From IMG/VR virus record IMGVR_UViG_3300047157_000171: DNA of 64,000 bases; one strand, 5' to 3'. The position numbers and the translations under genes are program-made. Source of the DNA: a virus. Within the stretch, counting starts at the first letter, position 1, and each line of letters opens with the position of its first letter. The notes beneath the pieces were generated by a model. The model had not been told where the DNA came from, ran no database searches, and was given only the letters and a program-made list of their open reading frames with translations. Of this stretch, positions 45,159-54,985 are shown one piece after another.

Positions 45159-46190
45159 ATGCGAAGACGTAAAAGTAAAATATTTGACATATATATAACC
45201 ACAGGTGCTGGTAACACGGTCGGTGGTGGTTCAGACGTATGGGTTAATAATTGGTTAAAGTTAATACCTAAACATTTGGATATTAAACCAATTCTACTTA
45301 TTGATAATTATAGATTTCAAGGGTTTGAAGAGGACTCAATACCAATAGAACATATTTTCTATAATGAAAGACCTGATGAATCTAAAAGATTATTACAGGA
45401 ATGTCGACACATTCACTTCTTACATAATCATTACACTAAAAGACCTCACTTATGGAAGTATAGGTTTAAGTTTAAGAGTATTGCGGTTCACGCATATGCC
45501 AGAGAGATAGTTGATTCTTATAAGGAGTTAGGATTCTCAAGAGATTCTGTCCCTTTTTTATGGAATGTTGAATGGCAAGACGAATTAATCCGTGAGTGTG
45601 AAACTAAATATTGGGTCGGTTCACAAAGAGGTTTAGTTAACGATATTTTTAACGACTGTATAACAATACCAAATTATTATGAGTTTATATGGAATAAGGA
45701 ATATTTTCATAGTAATGTGGTTGGGTTTGCTGCAAGGGCAGAAACAAGAAAAGCGATTCACTTCTTGGAGAATGTTAGGTCCAATGCTTTTACATCAAGT
45801 AATGGTGTTAAGATATGGGAGAAAAACACTAAAATGAAGTTCAACAATACTAAAATCATTGAGTATAATCCAAACTTAACAGATGAATATTATAATAGTA
45901 GTCTGTTCGGTATATTCCATGGTGCTTATGTTAAAGAACCATTTGGGTATTCAATTCTCCAAGCCGTTGATGCTGGTAAATTACCTATTATATCTAAAGG
46001 GTGGTGTCCAGAGTTTAACTATCCGTATCGAGCGTCGAGTAAAGAAGAGTTTGAAAATATGGTTAAGTTAATACAAAACACAAATAAAGAAACAAGGAAA
46101 AATATCTTTAATTCGGCAAAAGAATTTTTAAAGAAATTTGACAATAAAGACCATTGGGTTGAAAGAATGAAAACAATTTATAATGAATAG
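45159..46190 (+). CDS. GT-B glycosyltransferase (GT4-like)
   Basis: N-terminal GGGSDVW, VGFAAR..RK, and EPFGYSILQAVDAGKLPII signature. Confidence 0.8.
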   Translation: MRRRKSKIFDIYITTGAGNTVGGGSDVWVNNWLKLIPKHLDIKPILLIDNYRFQGFEEDSIPIEHIFYNERPDESKRLLQECRHIHFLHNHYTKRPHLWKYRFKFKSIAVHAYAREIVDSYKELGFSRDSVPFLWNVEWQDELIRECETKYWVGSQRGLVNDIFNDCITIPNYYEFIWNKEYFHSNVVGFAARAETRKAIHFLENVRSNAFTSSNGVKIWEKNTKMKFNNTKIIEYNPNLTDEYYNSSLFGIFHGAYVKEPFGYSILQAVDAGKLPIISKGWCPEFNYPYRASSKEEFENMVKLIQNTNKETRKNIFNSAKEFLKKFDNKDHWVERMKTIYNE

Positions 46191-47136
46191 AAAATTAATA
46201 GTTTCACGAATGTGGACAAAACGAGGTATACAACAGTACTTCTCATTACTCCAAATATCTAAAGAATTTTGGGACTTTGAAATAGAAGCACATATTCTAA
46301 TTGACGATTGGACACACGATGATGATTGGACTAAGGAGATAGAAAAACTTAATAACCCACATAGAGAAGGGTTTCCGATGAGTGTGGAGTTTTACACCAA
46401 AGAAGAGTTAAAACAATGGTACCATAGTAATAATATTATAGATAAGAGTGTCTTTGATAACATGAAAGGATTTTTACATATTTATCATCTTCTGTTGTAT
46501 TTTTATTTATATGTTGAAAAAGGTATCGATTACTTAGTGTCTTATGATGATGATATCGTGTTTAATAAAAAGGTTAGTCCTGAGTTAAATGAAATCGATG
46601 GTTTAATAGCTAATAAGACACCATTTGTTATTGACGAAGAGTACTTCCCTATGTCTGACAAAAGTATGTTTGTTGGCTTATCTAATTATTTTAACCGTGA
46701 TTTAACACCTGATTATTATAGAAATAATGTAAGGGGTGTTGGTGCCAATGCTGGTTTTATGGGTATAGAAACCTCATCGATATTTAGTTCTTTTAAAGAC
46801 AATTTTATGGGATTATTATCTTTGTTTGATTTCAAATCGCCGAACTTAAAATCTATTGATGAACCTTACCATTATACTGATAAGGTTTTATTCGATACTC
46901 AAGAACAAAGTTTTATGAGTATTATGTTACACTGTTTTGCGACAAAAGAATTGTTTAGGTTAGGTGGGGCATTAGGGTATTTCTTTGATACTCCAATACA
47001 AGAGGCGGTAAATAAGTCTAAATTAATACATTTCACAGGAGACAGAAAATACGACCCACTATTTCCAAAGATTATTATAGATTTTCTAAAGAAACACGGT
47101 CATAACAATATCACACCAGATTGGTTTTATTATTAA
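46183..47136 (+). CDS. GT-A glycosyltransferase (GT8-like)
   Basis: YDDDIVF (DxD), NAGFM, EQSFM, LIHFTG..K. Confidence 0.65.
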   Translation: MNRKLIVSRMWTKRGIQQYFSLLQISKEFWDFEIEAHILIDDWTHDDDWTKEIEKLNNPHREGFPMSVEFYTKEELKQWYHSNNIIDKSVFDNMKGFLHIYHLLLYFYLYVEKGIDYLVSYDDDIVFNKKVSPELNEIDGLIANKTPFVIDEEYFPMSDKSMFVGLSNYFNRDLTPDYYRNNVRGVGANAGFMGIETSSIFSSFKDNFMGLLSLFDFKSPNLKSIDEPYHYTDKVLFDTQEQSFMSIMLHCFATKELFRLGGALGYFFDTPIQEAVNKSKLIHFTGDRKYDPLFPKIIIDFLKKHGHNNITPDWFYY

Positions 47137-47142
47137 ATAATT

Positions 47143-48252
47143 ATGTTGGAACCGTTATACAATAAAGAAATATTAGAAGAAGGTATTATTGAAGCATTAA
47201 GGCACATTGATGCTTTTGATGATATTGAAAAGGCGAAAGAATGTCTAAGAACCGCACTATCACCAAATGAAAAATGGGCGATTAATTTACTAAACTCGAG
47301 TGTTAGTGATAATATGAAATTCCACACAATGAATGGGTATAATTTACCGTTTTTTGAAAATGACAGTAATATACCAAAAAGAGCGAAAAATGCTAGATTA
47401 TGTGTCGTATATCAAGTATGGGGTAATCATAACTATTTAAAGTTTTTATACCTATCAATTTTATCACAATTGGCGTATACGGATATTTTAGATTTTGATA
47501 TTAAAATATTTTTAGGAAAAGGATTTGTTAATGATGTAGGTGCGTCATTAATCGACCGATTATTACCTGAAGGGTCTATTATACCTGTTAATGATGGGTT
47601 ATCTTTAAAATATGGATTAACTTCCCATCCACATTTACAGAACTACGACGTAGTTTCTGTTGTTGATACAGACGCATTTTGGTACCACCCTAAAGGTGAG
47701 AAAACTAACGTATACCAAAAAATGTTAGATTTGTATGACTCAGGTTTTGATGGTCTTATTATGGCACCAGACCCTGACTTGGCAAGTTCAGTGTTTTGGC
47801 AAAGAAGAGATACGTTAAACACCAATATACCGGCTGAACATTATAAAAACTATTTCTACAGAAATGCGAATACGGATGAAAAAAGACTTACTGATTTTGT
47901 AGACCATGATAAGAATTGGTTCCTATCATGTCTATTTGTATACGGTAAAAACCAATTTAGAGAACCAGGTTATGGTAAATACGCATTGACCTGTTTATAT
48001 GATGAATTACTTTGTGATGAAACAGTTTGGATGATGTGGGGTCTCGGTCACGATTACGAAATCGAGAACATGAATAATACAGGGTTTTTACGATGGGTTG
48101 GTGCGAATGATTTCGATAGGTATTGGAGCAATGAGAAAAATAGTGAAGATGTTTTGTCTTATATTCATCCTGTACAGGGAGACCATTGTTTTAATATGAA
48201 TTTAATTAAGTTATATGATAAAATAGTAGAAGATTACAAATTAAGTAGATAA
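47143..48252 (+). CDS. Putative GT-A glycosyltransferase
   Basis: VSVVDTDAF (DxD), CDETVW, late YIHP; lies inside the GT operon. Confidence 0.5.
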   Translation: MLEPLYNKEILEEGIIEALRHIDAFDDIEKAKECLRTALSPNEKWAINLLNSSVSDNMKFHTMNGYNLPFFENDSNIPKRAKNARLCVVYQVWGNHNYLKFLYLSILSQLAYTDILDFDIKIFLGKGFVNDVGASLIDRLLPEGSIIPVNDGLSLKYGLTSHPHLQNYDVVSVVDTDAFWYHPKGEKTNVYQKMLDLYDSGFDGLIMAPDPDLASSVFWQRRDTLNTNIPAEHYKNYFYRNANTDEKRLTDFVDHDKNWFLSCLFVYGKNQFREPGYGKYALTCLYDELLCDETVWMMWGLGHDYEIENMNNTGFLRWVGANDFDRYWSNEKNSEDVLSYIHPVQGDHCFNMNLIKLYDKIVEDYKLSR

Positions 48253-49175
48253 TGAAAAGACCCGATTATACTGTAATGTATACTTTACACGTCATGCCAG
48301 AAGAAATACAAGATGTTGGTAGGATAATAAAAGACTTTGAAATATCGACAAAAGAAAACTCAAATGTGGGTGTTACCTTATATATTGATTTGAATTTTTC
48401 AGATGTCTATTATGATTGGACAAATTCTAAAATGACAAAAGAAACTTTTTATAATTTATTTCAAAACTTCTTAACACATTCTAGAAAGAATTTAAATATA
48501 ATACACAATGTAAGAGATACGGGGCATTGGGGTGTTAATTCAACCAGAAGAAACGTGATTAACGAATACAAAGATACGTTTGATTATATTGGTTTTATTG
48601 ATTGTGACATATTTTTTGACCCAGCTGCGATTCAGTATGTGTATAAAACATTAGAAAAAGAGCCGGGAGAATTTATTGTATTCTCTGGTTTATTACCTAA
48701 GATGTGGAACGAACACTTTGATGGTCTCACACATAAAAAATTTAAGAATGTGACTGACAGGTCATTTCCTTTTAAGATTAACCCTTTGAGTGTTTATGGG
48801 TTTCACCAAACTCAGAAAAATGAGGTTGGATATACTTCTGACATTATGATTGGGGGAGGATGGTTTAACGTTTTTTCTACAACGATTTTCGATTACGTAA
48901 CCATACCGACAGAATTAGGGGTTTATGGTATTGATGACCATTGGATTCAAGAATGTTGTCGTTTTCTTAATAAATCAGGGTGGGATATTAAACAATGTTA
49001 TAATAATAAATTTTTAATATTAGAGAACCACGGTCGTAAGTTTAATATGCCAGAGCCTTTTATAGTTAAAAAAATGGTAAATGGGGGTAAATTTGAATAT
49101 GAAAAAAACGCAAAACAAAATTACGAAAGATTATTTAGTGAGTATAAACAAAGTATTATAAGTAAGTATTTCTAA
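48252..49175 (+). CDS. GT-A glycosyltransferase (GT2-like)
   Basis: RRNVIN...YIGFIDCDIFF, GGGWF, YGIDD. Confidence 0.7.
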   Translation: MKRPDYTVMYTLHVMPEEIQDVGRIIKDFEISTKENSNVGVTLYIDLNFSDVYYDWTNSKMTKETFYNLFQNFLTHSRKNLNIIHNVRDTGHWGVNSTRRNVINEYKDTFDYIGFIDCDIFFDPAAIQYVYKTLEKEPGEFIVFSGLLPKMWNEHFDGLTHKKFKNVTDRSFPFKINPLSVYGFHQTQKNEVGYTSDIMIGGGWFNVFSTTIFDYVTIPTELGVYGIDDHWIQECCRFLNKSGWDIKQCYNNKFLILENHGRKFNMPEPFIVKKMVNGGKFEYEKNAKQNYERLFSEYKQSIISKYF

Positions 49176-49177
49176 TC

Positions 49178-50680
49178 ATGAAGTTATTTTTTACTTTTTA
49201 TAGTAAAGAAAGTATTCCTAAGTTACACCACTTCTTCAAACACTACAGAAACTTAGGGGTGACTAATTTTTATGCGATATATCATGCGTATGAAGAATAC
49301 AGTAAAGATGTTTTAGATTATGTGATGGAAAACGCCATGGTTGTTAAGATATGGGACGGGGTCTTTAACGAACATATTAAAGTAAAACACATAAATGATG
49401 CGAGGTTAAAATTCTCAAGTTATGGTGAGTGGTCGTTTACTGTTGATTGTGATGAATTTATAGATATTAGTATTAATGACTTAAATAAGGTGGTTAATAG
49501 TGATGCGAACTATGTGAAGTTTAGTATGATAGACAGGGTATCTAAACCATCACTTAAAGAGGTTACGATTGAAGAAGACATTGGAATAACGTTTCCATAT
49601 TATTCTTTTATTACATATAGTTTATTAGAGGGGGCGATATCTAAAGTGCCTCTATCTGTTCGTGAAGTCATTATTGGTTTAGGTTATCACGATGTCATTG
49701 GAGGGCAAGAACAAGTGGTTAAGTTGAAAAAACATCATTTAAATGGGTATGTTAATCACTTTAAATGGGATAGTGACCTTATCTATACTATGCACGATAG
49801 AGTGACTAATAGGTTAATAGATGACGGAAGTGCTGATGATTACAAAGGAGAATGTGAAGTTGCTTTGTCTTTGGATTATGATAATGTGATTACTTATGAC
49901 AAACCTTTAGAAATGAAATTATTGTTTATTGTTTGGTCCCTTCAGGATTATAATATGTTAAAGCAGTTTTTCATTCATTATAGAAACTTAGGGGTTACCA
50001 AATTCTATTGTATTTTTCATACTTACGGTATGGAAGATAATTTTATTTATGACTTTGTTAAACAAAACGCTGAGATTGTACATCATTGGGATGAGAAATA
50101 TACGACAGAGTGGGAATGTAAACTAAAGAATAAATATAAGAGAGAAATATGTGATGATGAGAACGAATGGGTGTGGTGTGTAGATGCTGACGAATTTGTT
50201 GATGTCTCACCAGACTTTGTAAGGGAAGTTATAGGTAGTGACTCAAATTACGTTAATGGGTGGATGGTAGATAGGTTTTCTGAAGATGGATTAATAGTCC
50301 CATTGGATGATAATATGTTTAAACAGTTCCCAATTAGGACTTACTATACACGGTTTAAATTAAATGGTTCTGCGTCTAAAATTCCACTAACTCGTTCTTA
50401 TGTTATAATTGGTGTGGGTCATCATGTTGTGTTAAATGAAATGTATGATTTTGGTGTAAAGGATGAGAGAGTCTTAATTTCTTATAATGGTAATGAGGAT
50501 GATTGGATTGAAGTTGCTCATATTAAATGGCATTATCAATTGTTAGAGGAGATTTATAATAAATTCACTAAAACAATGAATTTATGTCAATACTCGGCAA
50601 GGGAGATGGGTGTTTTTGTATTGGATTATTGTTATAAGAAAAAACCAATAACTGAAATTATTAAAGACGTGAGAATATGA
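49178..50680 (+). CDS. Tandem two-domain glycosyltransferase (Glyco_tranf_2_4 / GT92-like)
   Basis: Two copies: FFKHYRNLGVTNF...WSFTVDCDEFI and FFIHYRNLGVTKF...WVWCVDADEFV. Confidence 0.75.
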   Translation: MKLFFTFYSKESIPKLHHFFKHYRNLGVTNFYAIYHAYEEYSKDVLDYVMENAMVVKIWDGVFNEHIKVKHINDARLKFSSYGEWSFTVDCDEFIDISINDLNKVVNSDANYVKFSMIDRVSKPSLKEVTIEEDIGITFPYYSFITYSLLEGAISKVPLSVREVIIGLGYHDVIGGQEQVVKLKKHHLNGYVNHFKWDSDLIYTMHDRVTNRLIDDGSADDYKGECEVALSLDYDNVITYDKPLEMKLLFIVWSLQDYNMLKQFFIHYRNLGVTKFYCIFHTYGMEDNFIYDFVKQNAEIVHHWDEKYTTEWECKLKNKYKREICDDENEWVWCVDADEFVDVSPDFVREVIGSDSNYVNGWMVDRFSEDGLIVPLDDNMFKQFPIRTYYTRFKLNGSASKIPLTRSYVIIGVGHHVVLNEMYDFGVKDERVLISYNGNEDDWIEVAHIKWHYQLLEEIYNKFTKTMNLCQYSAREMGVFVLDYCYKKKPITEIIKDVRI

Positions 50681-52128
50681 TAGGGATACATTCGGTTTTT
50701 AGTAACGAGAATAGGGGGTTTATTTATAACGTGAATACTGATATTAGTACGGTTGAGTTATATACGTGGGTTTATTCGATATTGACGTGGAAAAGAGATG
50801 GGCATCCATTATATCTATATTGTGATGATAAAATTAATGAATTTGTCACCAAGTACGGATTCGGACATTTATATGATGAGATAAGGATTAGAAATTATGA
50901 TGATGATATTCACGAATGTTTTTGGTCGTACAATAAAATACGAGTAATAGAAGAATTTGGGGAACCTGTTTGTTTATTTGATGTCGATACGTTTTTTAGA
51001 AACACTGAATTTACTAAGTTACAATATGATATGATAACATATCATTATGAATTATGGGATTCAGAGTTAAAAGATAAAATGTTTAACAGTAAAGATAGTT
51101 TAAAAAACTTAAGTTTCTATCAACCTGTGGATGACAGTGTTGAGATTGTTAATGGTAGTTTATTGATTTTTAATAGTTATGATTTAAAAACAGAATTTTT
51201 ACGTAACGCTAAAGAGGTTGTTGATACCATAAAGACTATAGAGTATGAAAGTCAATTTGAATATGATTCGTATACTATCTTTATGGAACAGGTTAACTTA
51301 GGTTATTTAAATAATAAATATCACTGTGGTAAAGTGTCTAAAAGAAATGAATGGGGAGACTATAGGTTTAATGGTGACGAACCATTTGTACATTTAGGTC
51401 ATAATAAAGAGAGATTGGCTCATGGTAATCCACAGACGAAGGAAAGATACGTCCATATTATTAAGGAGAAGATTATTGAGTTAGGTTATCCTGAGTTTGA
51501 AAAGTTATTCACTCTAACAACATTTGAAGGGGATAAGACTCAAAATTCCTTAATACCTCAAAGGGTAAAACCATTGGCTAGAAATATGGGGAATAAGATA
51601 AATTCTGAGTTATTCACTAAATGGTATGGTGATAATATAGATATAATAACTGATAATCGATTTGATATTGCAATATGGGGTTCTATATTGGGTAATGATA
51701 TTGATTTAATAATATCAACATCTGAAGGGGTTAATATAAGTGATAAAGACTTAGAAGAATTTATGTTACTATTACATAGGTCAGGGAATTATATTGATAT
51801 TACTGTTGAGGTGTTATATACCAACAATATTAACTATTTCAGAGAATTTAGAATGGAAAATTCTCAAAAAGTGAAAGAAGATATTCTTATTGGGTTTGTT
51901 TCTGAATCGGATTATGAACCAAACGGTGAGTTAAGAACGGTGGGTAAACTAAAGTTTTATGAAGGACCATTTAACGATGCTTACTATAAATCAACAAATA
52001 AACATGATGAAGTTCTATTTATAGATTCGGTAAAAGATATAAAAAACAACGATGGATATACACATTTTTCATCAGAGGTTTATAATACCATATATGAAAG
52101 GTTTGGAATTTTCAGTATGTTAGGCTGA
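50677..52128 (+). CDS. DUF6734-like GT-A domain fused to a nucleotidyltransferase-like domain
   Basis: LYLYCD, FWSYNKI, CLFDVDTF and IFMEQ in the N-terminal part; C-terminal IWGSILGNDIDLII...YIDI resembles 14175. Confidence 0.5.
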   Translation: MIGIHSVFSNENRGFIYNVNTDISTVELYTWVYSILTWKRDGHPLYLYCDDKINEFVTKYGFGHLYDEIRIRNYDDDIHECFWSYNKIRVIEEFGEPVCLFDVDTFFRNTEFTKLQYDMITYHYELWDSELKDKMFNSKDSLKNLSFYQPVDDSVEIVNGSLLIFNSYDLKTEFLRNAKEVVDTIKTIEYESQFEYDSYTIFMEQVNLGYLNNKYHCGKVSKRNEWGDYRFNGDEPFVHLGHNKERLAHGNPQTKERYVHIIKEKIIELGYPEFEKLFTLTTFEGDKTQNSLIPQRVKPLARNMGNKINSELFTKWYGDNIDIITDNRFDIAIWGSILGNDIDLIISTSEGVNISDKDLEEFMLLLHRSGNYIDITVEVLYTNNINYFREFRMENSQKVKEDILIGFVSESDYEPNGELRTVGKLKFYEGPFNDAYYKSTNKHDEVLFIDSVKDIKNNDGYTHFSSEVYNTIYERFGIFSMLG

Positions 52129-52144
52129 AAAAATATTAACTGAA

Positions 52145-52152
52145 TATTTATA
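52145..52152 (+). promoter_or_regulatory. Putative late promoter TATTTATA
   Basis: Starts 22 nt before ATG 52167. Confidence 0.45.
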
Positions 52153-52166
52153 ATAAAAGAATATAG

Positions 52167-54278
52167 ATGGCATATCTAAAGAAAAATATAGAAACATTAA
52201 TTGATATTAAAATTACAGACAAAGGTAGAGAGTTAATTTCTACTGGTAAGTTCTGTAACATTGAGTATTTTCAGGTTGGTGATTCTGAATTTGACTATAA
52301 AAACGAAGACATCTTTAAGAGAGATGGGAAGAAGGATACACAGATAGTATTTAGAGCTAAAGATAAAGATTCGGATGTTAAATATCCGATACCTGTCGGT
52401 AGCGAAAGTCCTGATGACCCATTAAGTTGTAATACATATGGTAGGGTTTACCCGAATCATCAAGAAGAGGTTGTAAGTAAGAAAGTAGAGTTTTTAGGTG
52501 TGACACAAAATCAAAATATTAAAACACCGTTAGGTATATGTGTACCATTGATGAACTTTGATGGGACAGATACTTTGGTGACTAACAAGTTAATATCTTG
52601 TGAGTATATTTTAATCAAATTTCCGCAAGACCCATCAAACGTTTTAGATACTGATGGTCCTTGTTTATGGTATAAAGTCGTTTCGTTTATTGATGAGAAT
52701 ACGATTCAATTAGACAGACCTTTACCTAACTATTCTTTTGTTACTGACCTTAGTAAAGAGGCTACATTATTTGAGTACGCAAAAAGAGAGACTACAGAAT
52801 ATTTAGATTTCAATGTTGCGTGGACTGAGGAGTTTGCTGGTTTTGATGTTAACTTACCAAGAACATTTGCTGAAGGGTCTAAATATCTATCGGCTAAAGA
52901 GATGTTTGGTTATACGTCATACGAGCATGGAGATAATTATTATTCATGTAACCCTGAACCAACAACGACCACTACAACAACAATATGTCCTCCTGAGTTT
53001 TTATCATTGGACCTAACAAGAGAACCTACAGTACAATTATTTAGTAATGTTGAAGTAAGTGGAGAGAGCTGGGATTATTGTTCTTCGTATGTTGATTCTT
53101 ACGGTAAAGAGGTTTATGTGTATCCTGACGAACAAAAATTTATTGGTGTAATACATTATACTAAATGGGAAGACTATTATGGAACAGGTGAATGGTGGAA
53201 AGAATTTGACAGTGAATTCGAATTGAACCTACCAACGTTAATGTACCATAGAGATGAAGACAATAAAATGGGACATAAATTTAAAATGGGTTCTATCAAT
53301 AACTACGTTAAGTCGTTAGTGAATGATGAAATGGATTCTGAGGGTGAAGTTTATTTCGATTTAATTGATACGACTACTAATCAAAATATTGTTGGTAAGA
53401 TATTCCCACACAAACAAGCGATTGTTATCGACGATGAAGAGATATTAATGGCGTTATCAATGAAGTCTAATAGGAATTGGACGTTACCAGCACCGAAGGC
53501 GGTTAGAATATCGTCAGATGCTGATTGTATCGATTCTCCTGATGATGTTATGTTACCTAAAGACTTAACAAAACAAGTTTTTATTTCTTATATGTTCTAC
53601 AATAAGAATAATAAAATGTATTCGGCACCATCGGCACAATACGTTAGGGTTGACCCTAGTGGTACTGACGATTTTGATGTTGCGGTTTCATTTAAAGATG
53701 GTTTTAATTTCTTAAGAGATAAAATTATCACGGACAACAATCCAGGATTTCAAGCGACTAATTTCTATATTTTAGTACAACAGGTTGATACTAAAGACAA
53801 ACCACTACCTGACGAATGGAGGTATATTGAGTATACTGATAGTTTAAATGGGTTTGCTGGTGGTAACATATTAAGTTCTCACTTAACGGGAACTAAATTC
53901 ATAGTCAATGCTGAACTATATAATAACGCAGATGCGTTCAATTACAGACAGTTAATTGGTTATCCTAATCAAAATGAAAGAAACAATCTAATATTTGGTG
54001 ATGAATTTATGTTAATGGGTGATGTTACATTAAACAAACAACATAGTGTTTATGTGATGAACTACATAGTAGACCTACCAAGTAATAAGTTTATAAGGTC
54101 ACAAAACCCGACATGGGACCAAGACACTGACGCTAAAAAACAGGATTTATATATTACCGAAGTTGCTTTATACAACGACGATAAGGATATGGTCGCTATT
54201 GGTAAGGTGTCAAAACCACACAAAAGAAAGGTTGACCCTGCTAGTAATCAGGTTATATCGGTTAAAATAGATTTTTAA
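52167..54278 (+). CDS. Baseplate / tail-collar fibre-attachment-like protein
   Basis: N-terminal ITDKGRELI...FQVGDSE and C-terminal YITEVALYND..DMVAIGK resemble split tail-collar (DUF3751-like) motifs. Confidence 0.5.
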   Translation: MAYLKKNIETLIDIKITDKGRELISTGKFCNIEYFQVGDSEFDYKNEDIFKRDGKKDTQIVFRAKDKDSDVKYPIPVGSESPDDPLSCNTYGRVYPNHQEEVVSKKVEFLGVTQNQNIKTPLGICVPLMNFDGTDTLVTNKLISCEYILIKFPQDPSNVLDTDGPCLWYKVVSFIDENTIQLDRPLPNYSFVTDLSKEATLFEYAKRETTEYLDFNVAWTEEFAGFDVNLPRTFAEGSKYLSAKEMFGYTSYEHGDNYYSCNPEPTTTTTTTICPPEFLSLDLTREPTVQLFSNVEVSGESWDYCSSYVDSYGKEVYVYPDEQKFIGVIHYTKWEDYYGTGEWWKEFDSEFELNLPTLMYHRDEDNKMGHKFKMGSINNYVKSLVNDEMDSEGEVYFDLIDTTTNQNIVGKIFPHKQAIVIDDEEILMALSMKSNRNWTLPAPKAVRISSDADCIDSPDDVMLPKDLTKQVFISYMFYNKNNKMYSAPSAQYVRVDPSGTDDFDVAVSFKDGFNFLRDKIITDNNPGFQATNFYILVQQVDTKDKPLPDEWRYIEYTDSLNGFAGGNILSSHLTGTKFIVNAELYNNADAFNYRQLIGYPNQNERNNLIFGDEFMLMGDVTLNKQHSVYVMNYIVDLPSNKFIRSQNPTWDQDTDAKKQDLYITEVALYNDDKDMVAIGKVSKPHKRKVDPASNQVISVKIDF

Positions 54279-54333
54279 GTCTTTATTTAGTTCTAAATAT
54301 AGTTAAGTTTATAACTCAAAAGATATAATATAT

Positions 54334-54948
54334 ATGAGACCTAGTCAGAAAAAGAGCCCAAAAGTTTTGGGTTTAGATATTTCAACAAAGACAATTGGAT
54401 TTGCTTTGTTTGAAAAAGAAGATGTTAGTTTATTAGAACTTACACATTATTCTCCCATAATTAAACCAAGACCGGAAGACCTTATCGAAGAATTAATCAA
54501 AAAAGCGGATGCGTTTGCTAATAAGTTAAAAACGTATAAGGGAATTGGAATCGAAATGGTTGTGATTGAACAACCATTATTAAACTCAAATAATATATAT
54601 ACAGTTGGTACCTTAATGAAGTTTAATGCTTTGGTATCTAAAATCGTTTATGATATATTAGGTGTCGTACCTAAATATATTTCAACTTACGATTCAAGAA
54701 AATATGCTTACCCTAACTTATATGCTGAAAACGCAAGAGGTAAGAAGGTATTGTTCGGAGGATTTCCAAAAGGATGTGATAAGAAACATATAATTTGGGA
54801 ACAAGTCGCAGAGAAAGAACCACAAATCACTTGGTTATACACTAGAAACAACACATTAAAAAAGGAGAACTTTGATATGACAGATGCGTATACGTGTGTG
54901 TTAGGATATCTAAACGTTCTTAAGGAAAAGGAAGAAAAGGGAGAATAG
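54334..54948 (+). CDS. ruvC: RuvC-like Holliday junction resolvase
   Basis: VLGLDISTKTIG, VVIEQP, DMTDA acidic catalytic motifs. Confidence 0.8.
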   Translation: MRPSQKKSPKVLGLDISTKTIGFALFEKEDVSLLELTHYSPIIKPRPEDLIEELIKKADAFANKLKTYKGIGIEMVVIEQPLLNSNNIYTVGTLMKFNALVSKIVYDILGVVPKYISTYDSRKYAYPNLYAENARGKKVLFGGFPKGCDKKHIIWEQVAEKEPQITWLYTRNNTLKKENFDMTDAYTCVLGYLNVLKEKEEKGE

Positions 54949-54950
54949 AT

Positions 54951-54981
54951 TTGACTAGTTAAGGATAATTCTTTATTTTTA
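54951..54981 (+). promoter_or_regulatory. Putative middle promoter
   Basis: TTGACT-N17-TATTTTTA directly before the primase gene. Confidence 0.4.
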
Positions 54982-54985
54982 CCCT

